From a virus, in IMG/VR virus record IMGVR_UViG_3300045988_177920, positions 1 to 64,000 of that record: a stretch of 64,000 nt of DNA. The stretch is one strand, 5' to 3'. The notes beneath the pieces were generated by a model. The model did no database searches and was not told the origin of the DNA. It saw nothing but the letters and a program-made list of their open reading frames with translations. The position numbers were made by a program, and so were the translations under genes. Shown piece after piece: positions 33,541-46,738 of the stretch. Numbering within the stretch: the first letter of the stretch is position 1; every line of letters starts with the position of its first letter.

Positions 33541-36500
33541 TTATCTTAAAGTTGCAAACATATATGAATCATAAGCATCTGATGCATTATACATAGTATA
33601 GATAGAACGTAAAAATGGAGCTATCTTTATAAGTTTTTTTGTTAATTTAGCATCATATTTTTTATATGGCTATTCGCTTTTAGTATAAAAAACATCTCCA
33701 TATAGATCATTTAAACCATCTAATTTAAAAATTCTATTCTCTAACATATACTATAAAACTTCTAAATCATCTTTGAATATAGAGTTATAGACTTTACTAG
33801 GGTTATCTGTGAGATCAGATATTAAGTTTTCTATAACAGTTTGTTTACTAGGTTTATTTTTATCAAAACTGTTTATATGATCCTCAAGATGCTATTCAAA
33901 TATCTATACTTGATCTCTCCAATGTCTCTAATCTCCCATCCAATCAAAAGTTCGAAGAGTAGTTCCTAGAATCTCACCAATCTATAATATCATAGCTGGA
34001 GCAATCATTCCACTTCCCACATTTTCCAGGCCTTTAAATTCTCTTCTAGTAGGTGAAGTTTTATCAAACCAAACAAATATATCATTAAAAGCACTATTAT
34101 CATTAGCAACTCTTCCCAATAAATATTTTAAGCAAGCTCTTGTATCAATAGGTCTATCGTCATAATATTTATTTATACCCCTCATTTCATTAGAGCGAAT
34201 CTTTTTAAGCCTTTCTACATTCTGTTTAGTTCCAAATCTTTCAAGAAGAGTTTTTTCACTACATAGTGTTCTTTTTTCAGGATGGTTTGAATCTTTTACT
34301 TCAGTAAATAGAAAGTCTGTTATTCTGACAAATTTTTTTCCTGATAGACCTTTAAAATTTGGTAATCTATTTTCATCATATGCTTCTCTTGCTTCTTTAA
34401 TTGCTTCTTTTAAACGCTTGTTTTTTATCACATCATTATTTAAAAAGTTCCAAGGATTACTATAAGTTAAATCATAATAAGGATCGTCTTCCGGCGGCTA
34501 TTGTAAGCAACCAACTATTGAATTAAGAATAACTGCTACGGTATAATCACCAATAGTTCTTTTTATATTAGAGTATGCTTTCTTACAAAATCCTTCTTTA
34601 ATAAGCATATTAGTTCCTAATTCCTATAGGTAATTTTTATCAGTAACATGTGTCTTATATAAAAGAGAGCTAATATATCCTCCTCCATATACATCTAGCA
34701 TTCCTAAAATAGTGGCACCTATAAATTTAAAGAAGGTTCTAGGACTAGTTATAAAAGATGTTATTCCTTTAAATGAAGTAACTAAACTTCCTTCAACAAC
34801 ACCTCCAAATCCATCTTCACTCTTTTCATATATATTAAAACTGCTATCTGTAAAGCGTCTATGTACTAAACCAAAAACATATCCTTTCATATGTGCCCAC
34901 AAAGCACCCCAGACAGTTTGTTGAAAGGCATTTGCACTATCAGCATCATACATACCATGCATATTATTAAGTACACTACGCATATATGTTTTAAATTGAG
35001 CAATATCATTTATCCCCCATTTTAACTATTCCATAGTAAAGTTGGTATATTTAAGGAGCTCTTCTGCTTGTTTTCTTGTAAGCTCCACTGTATATTTTCC
35101 ACGTATTGGAGATTCTTGTATATCTAATTTACGTAAAAAATCACCGCTATGTTCTCGTATCAATGCCAACTGGTCGTCAGAAATAGTAAAATATGTAGTT
35201 CCTGTAAGGTCAGATTTTAGATAATCAGTTATATCAGATTTAAGATCATTTACTTTATTATAATTATCTGCATCCTACTAATTTCTAAAGTAAGGTTCAT
35301 CAGTCATATTTATTGTATTAACACTATCACCCACTTTATAAGATGCCTTTTTAATAGTCCATTTAAACAAACTTAATTTATCACCATTTACATCATATAT
35401 AAAGTTATTACGAAGCATTGCTATTGCAGGTATCATATTCATAGCAAAATTACCTACTGCCATTCCTGCATATAAAGATTTCATTATTAAAGTATCAACA
35501 GAAGGAATATTCTATGTATTCCATTTTTTAGCTTCTTCCTCAGCAGTTGTGGATATTTCCCAAAATCTATTCAATAGATGTAACTATGTGCTATTAAATT
35601 TCGTGGAGGACGCAGCATTTAATACAGGTATACTTAACCCTACAGACGCAGCAGTATTACTAATATTCATTGTACTAAATATTCCTAAAGCCTCTAATAA
35701 ATCTATCTAAGTGAAGTTTTCATGTGCTCCAGCTTCTTTAGCCATTTCAACTAGACCGTCAGATAAACTCACTGCAGCAACAGCCAGATTGCCTCCAAGT
35801 GCTGCTATACCTGTAATTTTATTTACACTATGTAAAGCGTTCTAAATGGTTTTTGTTCCACCTCCAAATAATGCATTCATTACTTTATTTTTAAACACTT
35901 TAGTATCTTTTACTACAATTCTAGTTAAAAATGGATGTTGATATACTTGTCTATCTAAGAATGAGGCAAATCTTTTATAAAATCTAGGAGTTTGCATATG
36001 TTCTTCTAAATCTTCATTTTTTATACCTGTTCCGGTATTGCGTTCCTAAACTAAATAATCTAATTTAGGATTTATTTTTTCTTTATCATAATTAGCATCC
36101 CGTCTTATTATAAGCTTAGCTCCATTTATAATAGACTGTGTAAACCCCCCAATTTTCCTCTTTTTTAGTACTCCTCGACCTATTTCTAAAGCATGTATAA
36201 TCTTTTCTTTTGCAGCATATTTATAGGCCATATTTCCATACATAGCAAGACCATTCCAAATATCTGTAGAAAATTGGGTATAATTCTTTACCTTTTTTAC
36301 TCCATATATAGGAAGTCTGTCAAGTTTCATATAATCATCATAGTATGGATTTTTTACTATTTGAATATCACTATCTGTAGCATGCATATCACTTCCAAAA
36401 TCCCCTTCAGTTGCATTCATTACAAAAGCTGCACCACAAGCATTTAATCCTGCTAAAATTGCTTTTCCACCTTTTTTAAAAATATTATCATTTCCAATAA

Positions 36501-38880
36501 AGGCATTACCCATTCTATGGAATAAGCTGGTTTTAAATTGAGGGGCTCTATAAGAGACAGTACTTCCACTAGGGAGGTTTTTATCTATTTCTCTTTTTAA
36601 TTGTTTAATTTCAAACAATAACTATTCTTTTTCAGACAATTCTCCCTCATATCCTTTTGAAATTATTTTTGTATACAAGGCATTATAATCTAATTCTTTA
36701 GTATACCCGAATTTTTCTAGATATGCTTTATTAATATATTCATCTTTTAAAATCCAAATTTGTTTACCACCAGGTAATTCTTTATGATAATGTGTTTTCT
36801 TTAAAAACTCACGTCTTGCACTTGCAAATTCTACAGAAAACTTTATAGCTAAGTCTCTTTCATCATAATAATCCTTATACTTCTCTTTAAACTTTTTTTG
36901 AAATTCTAATTTCATGGATTGGTATTCTCTTTCATATTTACCATAATCATATATATCTAGAAAATTCCCGGTATAATGCCCCTATTCATCTTTTTCATAA
37001 AATTCATCATTACGCATACCAATGGAATCAGCACGCTTTTTTAATGCTCTAAGCTAGTCGTGTAATTGTATGGTTTTAATTGCAGCCTGTGTTTCAGCGG
37101 CTTTATATGCCTTATACACAATCTAGTTTAAAACATCTGAAGAATTATACATAGCTCCTATCCACTATCCGAAATAAGTACCATCTTCACTAATTGCTTC
37201 TAAAAGCTATGAAATTTTAACATCCTATTCAGGAACAACAACTTGTTTAGCTCCTTTAAATATTCTCTACTAGGCCATATGTATATAATCTTTTCCATAA
37301 AGCCCCTCTAAAAACTTACAATAATAGTCTCTTGCAATGCCGTGAATGTATCTCTCCAAATTTATTTTTGAATTTTCTTTAGCTGTACTATAACCAACCA
37401 ATTCCGCTAAATTATCATATAATGTACTTAGTTGTTGTGTGTATTTATTACCTTCTTCATCATAAGCTACACGTTCTTTATATTCAGATCTTTTGTTTCT
37501 ATCTCCTATAAAGTTTTTCAAAATAACCATACACTCTAAGATTGCTTTTACAGTATCTCTATACTATCTAATTGTTTGACCATCTTGAGTAAAATTATTC
37601 CAATAATCTGTGTTGTTTTCCATATGTGCTTTTACAACAGAAAGATTTCTCCTAATAGGTTCTACTTGAACAATTAATCTTTCAATAAGAGTAAACAAGC
37701 CATTAACCGCCTATTTACGCATAATCATATCAATATTAGAGTAATCTTTAGACCCCTATACAACAATACTTTTTATTGCCTCAGCAGCTTCAGCATTATA
37801 TGTAGAAAGTAAATCAGACAGTCCCATCAAAGAATTTCTAACACCCTCAAAAGCTTGTGCTACCGCATGTTTTTCTATATCATAAAATGTTTCTTTGGTC
37901 TCCAATGCCTGTTCAACAGTTCCTTCAAAATCTTCATCATTTAAAAAGCTTTCAGCAATTTTATTTGCGCTATTTAGAGCTTCTGTTTTTAATGCTAAGA
38001 CTTCATTAAAAGTAATTTTTGCAAATATTCGTTTAGCTACATATGCGATTCTATTTGCTAATTTATCCCAAGCTGTATTACTGCTAAGCTTATTTATAAG
38101 TGCTTGTCCTACTAAATATCCAGCAGTTTCTCTTCTTGGCTATGCTCCTAAATTTTTATTTTCTAATTCGTCTCCAAAAATTCTATTAATAACGTCTGAA
38201 TTTAATAACTATTCTAATCGTTGTACTAATCTAGATTCGCCCAAAGAACCTATAATAAAGTGCCCGGCTTCTTCTGCTAACACTCCTCCAACATTTTTAC
38301 CGTCTCTAATGGCAATTAAAGCCTACAGACCATTTACAACTCTATCAGATTCTAATGTACTGTATCTTCCTTCAAATTGTGAGTGATCTACAAATTCATA
38401 TGTTACTCCATGCTGATTAAGTTTAGCCTAAAGTTTTTCAGCAAGAGTTCCGCTTTTAAGCTGTTTATATAAATCCTTTGTAGTTTTATCTGTTTTCTCA
38501 GTTATAAATAACCGCACTTTCCCCCCTTCTGTTCTTTGAATTGTTGCAAGGTATTTATCATTATAATTAGAGTTTTTATTAAAGTTAAATAACTTTTCAC
38601 AAGCCTCTTTATATGTCATTTCTCCTGCACCTATCTAATTATTAAGGGTCTCCTTTATCTTTTCATTATATTCTGTTGTATTAGCAGCTTTTAACAAGGA
38701 GGAGAATGTTGGTTCCCCCTCCTCGTTTAAAACTATTTCATTAGCAGAAGCCTCTAAAAATCTACTATCATGAGCAACATTATACCAATATTTTATAAGT
38801 TCTCTATTTTCTTTACCCACAACAGCTTCTATTTCATCCCATAGTTGGTGCTTATCAGGTTTAAGTATACAAAATCCCAT
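33541..38880 (-). CDS. giant protein (1779 aa), last gene of the RNAP block, function unknown
   Basis: ATG 38880, TAA at 33541-33543. I scanned all forward line-aligned triplets and found no tta/tca (TAA/TGA), while many cta (TAG) are present. It fuses track ORFs 38635, 38428, 37270, 36622, 36046, 35278, 34624 and 33982. Confidence 0.7.
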
Positions 38881-38882
38881 AA

Positions 38883-39725
38883 TTAACAAAGTTTTTTACT
38901 AATAGTGCCATCCTCATTTACTTCATAGCACTCTTTTTTATTTTTAATATCATTTAAAATTTTACGTTTACCTTCTTCACTAGAAGTTTCATAAAAATCT
39001 CTAAGCTAATCATCCATTCTATCTATAATGGATTTTTCATATAAAGAATTATAAGAAACAGGTTTAATAATATCAGAATCATCAAATTGTCCAATTAAAT
39101 CAGAATTTTGAATTAATTGTTCACCTTGTTTTAAGGTTCCTTTATCTACTCTATCTTCACTAAATCCTGCTTTCTAAGGAATACTTCTTATATATGTCAT
39201 TGGAATACTTGGGTCATCGGTTTTATTAAATCCCTAATTACTACCGCTATCACAGATATATAAATAATCAATTTCATCTATATTTATTGTAAATGCCGGA
39301 ACATAGCCTTTATCTTGAGATATAAAGAGCGGATTATTTACTTCTTCATTATTAACAATTAATGAAGTATTAACCTATATTTCTTTCTATGCATAACCGG
39401 TATTACCTTTAATTATTCGTTTTATTGCATTATAGTTATTATCATTTTCATATATCTATTTTACAAATCTCCTATTATCGCTATGTCGCAATATATAGAA
39501 CTACGCTATATTATCCTTTGTTTGCTATAATCCGATCTTATCAAAATTATCATTCATCATACTATAAAGCCAATCTCTATATGATTGCCTGTTTCCAGTA
39601 GCTTTATTTATAGTCATTGTTAGATTTGCAGTTATAATCTAAGGTAAATAAGGAGTAAAACTTTTTGGACCAAAGCCTCTTTCATTCTAAAAATAATCAT
39701 ACATATAAAGATCTTCAATAAACCA
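38883..39725 (-). CDS. 280-aa protein between the two giant genes
   Basis: ATG 39725 lies three codons after the RNAP TGA and in the same frame. TAA at 38883-38885, two nt before the next ATG. About 12 in-frame TAG. Confidence 0.5.
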
Positions 39726-39734
39726 TCTGGTATT

Positions 39735-42700
39735 TTCATCTTTATATAGATTTTCAAATAATGCTATTATGTCTTTTTTATCAAAATCTAAATTTGCGGA
39801 GCCTTTAAGACCAATACTATACCAATGTCTTGTTAATCCCATTGCAGTTGTTTCAGAGTGGGGTTCTATTGATATTAAACCATTTTCTTTTAGCAGCTTA
39901 AGGGTCTATATTATAGGCTCCTAATTATATTCATAATCTGAAGTATTTAAAATTATATCAGGAAATTCATATTTATAATAGTATTCCTAGGACATTATCT
40001 GTCCATTTCTTTCTATAAGAGTGTCTTTGTTAAATCTACTCTATGGAATATTTTCCATCATATATACCATTATGTCTTTAAGTATACCATTAACCGTATC
40101 CTCATCCATAGCATAATTAGCCATATCTGCCAGATTCTATATAACACCTTCATATAAATTATTTTTATATGGAAAGTATTTACACATTTTATTTAACGAC
40201 TTCCTATTCATATCAAACATTGCCTATTCATAAGCAAATGGACTAAAATCTATAGAACGTAGATAACTCCAGTTATCTGTATTTATATCAGACATACCAA
40301 TAAAATAATTTGAATCTTCTGATGAATCAGTAATAACCATAGTGGTTTTATTTTTTTTCTTCTTTTGTCTAATAGCTAAATCATCTAAGTATCTTTTAAC
40401 TCTATACTGCTATGCAATCATACTACCAAAAGATACTGCAACAGCATTACTTGCTGTAAATTTAGTATTAGTAACAAACTCAGAAACCTCTCTAGTAACA
40501 TCTAAAATTTCCTAAAATAACTTTAATACAGATAGTTGCCCAATAATAAAATCTGCCTGTTCAGATTTATTTCCAGCAATTGTTCTAGTATCTATGTTAT
40601 TTGAGTTTTTAGCACTGTTTATAACAATATTAGTAGCCAGTCTATTAGCATTTAAGTACTGAGATTCTTTTCCTGTAGCTCTAAACCCACTAAATCTTTT
40701 GTCATTTAAAAGGTAATTTAATGCACTGGAAGTAGTTCTTCCCTCATTTGCAGAAATTTGGCAAAGTTCCTTTATTATAGGCTAATTTAATAATAATCCT
40801 ATTTCTGTAGTAGAATAACCTAATCTTGCTAATACTGCAGCTGCATCTGCAGTAGTTTCATTAAGATTCAAATAATTTAATACCGGATCTTTTACAGCAT
40901 CTACAGATGCAGCGAGCAACTCAGCGCAAGTTTTTTTAGCATTAGGAGAGTGGATTAAATCTTTAAGTCCATCCATGTGATTACCGAAAGCAATGGGGCT
41001 ATTAAGCTCATATTTATGTAACATTGAGGATATGGCATAGTTAACATTTTGGTTTGCAAATATACCAATCAGTTTACTAGCTACCTAATTTTGTTCATTA
41101 TAGATTAATTCTGTTAAAGGATCTGTATAATCATAATTAGGTTTTGGATCAGGTGTATTATCAACACTTTCCTCTATTTTTCTAAAATTTAACTCGCGTT
41201 CATCAACAACATAATCATCAAAAGACTTCTAAGATAAAGTTAATATACGCATTATTTTAGCAGATCTTTTTGCTCCATTAAATTCACCAGGTTGAAATCT
41301 TTCATTAAGAGTTTCAGGGTCTTCAAGTCGTCGCATAATAAGATCCATAAGCATATTATTTCTTGCGACTCTATTATTACCCTTCATAAATTTACCATTT
41401 TCATCATAACTATCCATAACTCTTTGATTAGAATTATAACGATAATTCTATTTACGTACTATTTTTACCTATTTCTCTAATGGTGCAATCTCTCCTTGAT
41501 TTATTAAATCAGATAATGCATTACTAAAGATTTCATTCTTATCATAATTGCTCTTTAAATAATCATTTTCACCCCAATAAGAATTTAATGACTTTTTATG
41601 TATCTTTTCTTTATTTGCAGGATTTTCTTCCCACTATTTTTTTGTCTGCTCCAGATGGGTTTTAATTGAAGGATTATCCTTATAAATTTTAGCCCATACT
41701 GCATTCTTTTCTTCTTCAGATAGATTTTCATCTTCACTTTCATAATACTATGTAAATGCGAATTGTTTACGCATTAAGTATAGTTTGTCAATATCAAAGT
41801 CAAATCCTGCTGTTGTAGTGCCTTGAGCAGGAACTCTGATAACACCGCCTTGTGTTGGCAGTGAACACCTCTTAACTCTAAGGCGCATCATAGAATATTG
41901 AGACTCTGTTGGAATTCTATAAGATACAATATCAAGTATTCCAGGGTAATCCCTTTCTATTAAAGTTTCTTCTACATCAATACCTCCTATATTAATTGTG
42001 CTACCAGGCACTGTTTTAAAAGTGCCATCAGGATTACAATAGTCATTAAAATCTAACTAATGTTCCCTTCCAGACTAATCAGTCCACTTAAAATCAAACG
42101 GTATTTCACAATCTCCATAGACAATATTACCATTCTCTCCTTCTCCAACAGTGTGCCATTGTAGCCCGCCATAGTCTTTAGAATCTTCTTCAATCTTAGT
42201 TATTCCCCAAGCAGATGCTTGAACCAAAGCTCCGCCCTATATCTTCTGTTTATTAACCATTTTCTTAAATAAAGAAATAAGGGCTTGTGAAGTATTATGT
42301 TCTATACCTAATTCATATAAAGGAACTAAAAATTGGCCATCACCTGTAAGACAATAAGCTATTATATTAGCTTCATTTTCTCTACTATTAGCTATAACAT
42401 TTTGAATTAAGGCTTTACTTACCTTATCCATAGAATCTATAGCTTTCTCAAAATCCTGATAGCTTTCTATAATGTTAGCGACTATTAACTAGTTGTAAAA
42501 TTGAATAAGCCTATTGCCGTTTAAATCAACTTTTCCATTTCCTAAATTAACAGTAAGATCTTTAGAAACACCCCTCAAATAACTACTATAATCGCCTGAT
42601 TTATCAATTCCTGTCATTATAATCTTTCTAATCTATGTACCAAATAAATTAGAAGCATTTATATGTGCAGGAACATTAGTTTGTATTCTATAGTCTTTAT

Positions 42701-45700
42701 AATCTAACTCATGTATATAAGCTCCTGTACCATTATTTTTAGTATTATATATGATATCTTTAATACTCTATGAGTCTATTTTAATTAATCCCCCTTCACC
42801 ATACTTTTTAATATAAGCTCTTTGCTAAGATCTAGTTACATTTTCAGAATCAACAATGTTACCATTCTTATCCAGTCCCTATATAACTTCTCCACTCTAA
42901 TCAACGAATAATCCATTTTTATTTGTTTGAAAATCTAAAGCTATAGAGCCAAATGATCCCACTTTTACACATTTAGTAGAACAAGCAACATCTATATCAT
43001 TTTCTTCCATAGCTTCTCCTAAGGCGCGAAGGTTAGAGCCGGGAACACAAAGTTCAGGAATAATAATAACTTCTGCATATTTATGCTATACAGGAACTTT
43101 AAGAACATGCTCATTACTAACACCAACTTCTTCTATTGTATATAAATAAGGTTTTAAGGGCTAAAAAACAACATAAAGCTGAGAAAGTCTTGTTATTTCT
43201 TTCTCTGTAAGCTCTTGTCTATTCTCCTTTTTCATTCTTGATCTAATGCTTTGAATTTCATCATATACATTTTCTAAGTAGTTATTCCATTTACCTGCAG
43301 CAGTCATTACTTTTCTATAGCTTTCTAAAGTTCTATAGCCCTGGCCATCAGTCAAAGTATTATTTTTATAAGCCTTTACAACATTAGAATTTTCTCCAAA
43401 TCTTGCTTTAATTATATCCATGAAAGTAGCAGTACCATGATATTTTCCAACATCATCTGCAGAGATGCTTAAGTCATCAAAATATATAGCATGTTCTTTC
43501 CCATCTCCCAATATAAAAGACTGCTATTTTTGATCAAAAGCTTCTTCATCAAGTTTTGTTCCAGGAGCATGTAATTCCTTATAACGTTTTTGGAGATCTT
43601 CCGTATTTTTATAAAATCCGACATCAATAGTAAGCATCTATAACTAACAAACAGTTGCCAACTTATAATTGATATAAAATTCTTTTAGTCGATCTTTTAA
43701 TATACTTTCAATATCTCCCTTATTATTATCCTTAGCTGTTTTAATTTCTTCCTTTGTTAAAAAGTTTTTTAGATAAGTAGGATTGTTTTCGTCATTTAAA
43801 TCAAGTAAATGATCATTACCAAGCTGTCTATAAAATGCCTCAAAATCATTATCAATAGACTATCTTATACAAGTTTCTATGTAAACATCGTCTGCTAATT
43901 CCTCTATAATTCCCGCTTCCTTATTTGCCTTTTTATATATATGAACTTCTGTACCATTTTCAGTTTGTTCTTTCTTTAAAATTAAAAAGTCATTTAAAAA
44001 AGGTAAAGCTGTAAATTTTAGTTGATCATTTTCATCCTCAAAAGTTTCAAGTCTTTCCCAGCTATTTGCAGAGCATGTTTGGTTCATTTCTAATGCTAAT
44101 TTAGCCCTTTCAACTTCTGATTTTGCTAATCCAACCAATTCCTTTATTGCTGTGTTTTTAGAGTAATATTTAGCAGTTATATTTTTGCATACTCCACTGT
44201 CTCCTAAGATAAATAATGGATAATTTGCATAATTTTTTCCTACACCCTTTTCTCCGGCAATTAATCTTGGGCTTAAAAATAATTCTAACATTGACCAAGC
44301 ATGCCTTTTTCTAGTATAATTTTCAAATCGTCTTGCTCCTGTATTTTTAGAATCTCCTAACAATCTAAATGTTCCAAACTATTCTGCAAAACTTCCCGGT
44401 TTAGAAAGATCAGATTCATATAATTCTCTTAACCAAGTATTTCGTATTATCCATTTACTTCCATCCTCACTTCTTGTCGCAAACATAGGACAGTTATTAA
44501 AGTATTTATCTTCGATGTATAACCTAAGCCCTTCAGTATCTTTTTCTTCTACAAATTCTTGAATTTTCTCAACAAGATCTCCAAGATATGAGGGAAGAAC
44601 ATCACTTGAAAGCATTGTGTTCTTACCTTTTTTATCTACGTAAGGAACTCTTACTTCCTACGTTTTATCCAGAGCGGCTAAAATATCAGCAAGCTTATCA
44701 ATAGCTTCTTCTACTACACCTTTATCACTTATAGATTTTGGAGGCTTTATACTTAAAAAAGAAGCTATTGATAATTGTCCTCCAGAATTTATTATTTGAT
44801 CTATAAGACTTTTGTGATTTAGTGAATATTTATATAAATTCTACATTGCAGACTAAAACCTTCTTGCATATCTGGAATTAGTAGCAATAGTGTTTGCAAT
44901 TTCTGTAGATATATTAAATCCTAGTTTACTTCCTATATACTTTATAATATTAATTCTAGTAAGTCTATCATTATCTTCTTCAGTTTTTGCTGATACTCCA
45001 ACATTTTGCATAAACTTTGTCGGAGATTCTATAAGAGATTTGCTTTCTCCTTCTTTTTTAGTAACCTCTCCCTTTACAAACCAGTCGAATATAGTATTAG
45101 AAAAAGTTTTTAATTCTTCAGTATCTAATACTACACTTCCTCCTTCTTGTCTTTTAGCTAAGGTATTCACATTTCTTCCGGATATAAGTAATTCTCTACC
45201 ATTATATAGTAATGACTTTGCAGTAGCTGCTAAATTAAATCCCTTTTTATCATTTAAACAAAAAGTTTTTAAGTAATGCATTCCCTAAGAAATTACTTCC
45301 TATACTACATATAAGGGTTGAAAATTTCTTTTTAGATCTACAAAAAATTTAGTTTGTAGTTTTGATGCTTCTGCAGCTTCATCTTTTATATACTATATAA
45401 AGTCTCTTTGCTCCTATATTTTAGACTCAGATTCATTACTTAAAATCATATCTGCCAACACTTGTTCCTCTTCAGCAAGTGCATCTAAAAATTCCTATTT
45501 AGTATCAAAAGATTCTGATGAGTCATCTCCATATCGTACAGTTAAAGTTAGTTTATCTAGGATAGGCTTAAGCCAATATCTCCTTCTATTATCGCCAGTT
45601 TTACTGAAAAATTCATTATAAGAAGACTCTGTATATTTACGAAGCTTTCTCATCATTCCTCTAGATGAAGTAGTTCCTCTTACTGCATCTAGTAATACCT

Positions 45701-46589
45701 AATGCACCTATACTGGGTCTAGGTATTTAGTATTACCTAAGTCATCTTTTTCTATTTCACCATATTCATTTAACTAAGGTGTATTTGCTAAAACTGCTCT
45801 TACTTCATTTCCTATAGAAGCATATGCTGACAAAGATTCTGCTATTTCCTACCAGCCTTCTCTGATAGAGGATTCCTCTATATCAATTTTTTCTTGTAAA
45901 TCTTCTAATTCAAAATTGCCGTCATTTGCAGTATCTGTAAAATCATTAAAGGCACCCATTTTAATACCTTCTATATCTCTAAGACGTATTCTTGCAAGAG
46001 TAACCATTGCACTCCAATTTCTTAAGACTAATTCTATTTGTTCTGCTTCATATTTAGCAGTAAGATCTTTTTCATCAGAGGTTTTATATTGTTCCCAGGC
46101 ATCAGATCTCTGTTCAACCAATCTACGGTACATTTGATTAAATATATACTATTGTCCAAAAATAGCTCTTCCTTCACTATCAAAGGTACCTTTAATAATA
46201 AACTCTCTTTCTAATCCTGCGGCATCTAAATCCATTTTCATTGTTTCAGTCACCATATCACTAAACATATGGCTTATCCAACTTACTCTTGCTTCTCTAA
46301 TAGACGCATTAGGAATTTCATCTTGAAGTTTAACAAATACTGAGGCAATATTTGTACCAGCGGCTTTAATCTCTTTAGCTTCTTTTTGCTTTTGTTGTCC
46401 TTCAAATTTAGTTATAATTGCTTTAATATCAGAATCTTCCATAGATTCCCAATTCTAATCTCCATAAGTTTCATCATATAATCCTCGCATCCATGCAAAA
46501 TATTTAGATGTGCTTTCTGGAGAACCTAAGAAAGGGTCACTCTAGGCTAATCTTTTATCAAGTTCTGTAGGTATATAACACGGTCCCAT
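39735..46589 (-). CDS. crAss-type virion RNA polymerase-like giant protein (2284 aa)
   Basis: ATG 46589, TGA 39735-39737. I scanned the frame and found no TAA/TGA across 2284 codons, with tens of TAG. AGFDFDIDKLY (DFDID at 41787-41801) is the DxDxD metal-binding motif reported for crAss-like / phi14:2 gp66-type RNAPs. Confidence 0.75.
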
Positions 46590-46611
46590 ATTTATATTTT
46601 ATTTAATTGCA

Positions 46612-46619
46612 CAAATTTA
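46612..46619 (-). promoter_or_regulatory. TAnnTTTG -7-like element upstream of the RNAP gene
   Basis: The minus strand reads taaatttg, 22 nt upstream of ATG 46589. Confidence 0.3.
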
Positions 46620-46671
46620 CTAATTAATTTCTTATAACACAACTATTTCTAAGTAAATGTATATCTTACTT

Positions 46672-46726
46672 ATAAAAAAAATAAGGGGGCAAGAAGCAGC
46701 ATATGCTACAACTTACCCCCTTATTT
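46672..46726 (-). terminator. intrinsic terminator ending the replication-module transcript
   Basis: The minus-strand RNA reads AUAAGGGGG...(agcauaugcu palindrome)...CCCCCUUAU followed by U8 (forward a-run 46674-46681). Confidence 0.65.
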
Positions 46727-46738
46727 ATAGTGGTTAAT

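Noticed and set aside
37895-38386. A plus-strand 163-aa track ORF. Similar antisense or shadow ORFs occur at 34712..34924, 35042..35224, 36193..36447, 41292..41480, 44890..45276, 45916..46137, 4195..4428, 4913..5125, 5138..5323 and elsewhere.
   Set aside because: They lie opposite much longer, motif-bearing frames and have low-complexity Ser/Leu/Phe-rich composition typical of antisense readings of AT-rich coding DNA.
39771-39782. An A7 run just before the RNAP stop looked like a slippery site for a programmed frameshift into a downstream frame.
   Set aside because: On careful re-reading, the apparent continuation came from my miscounting the homopolymer. The alternative frame gives an implausible peptide and soon hits TAA. 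The downstream ORF is in the same frame, behind a TGA and an ATG.
1-46589. The dense fragmentation into short ORFs could mean a pseudogenised or non-coding region, or a low-quality assembly.
   Set aside because: All breaks are TAG. Reading through TAG gives uninterrupted frames of up to 2715 codons with compact gene junctions, which random or decayed sequence would not produce.
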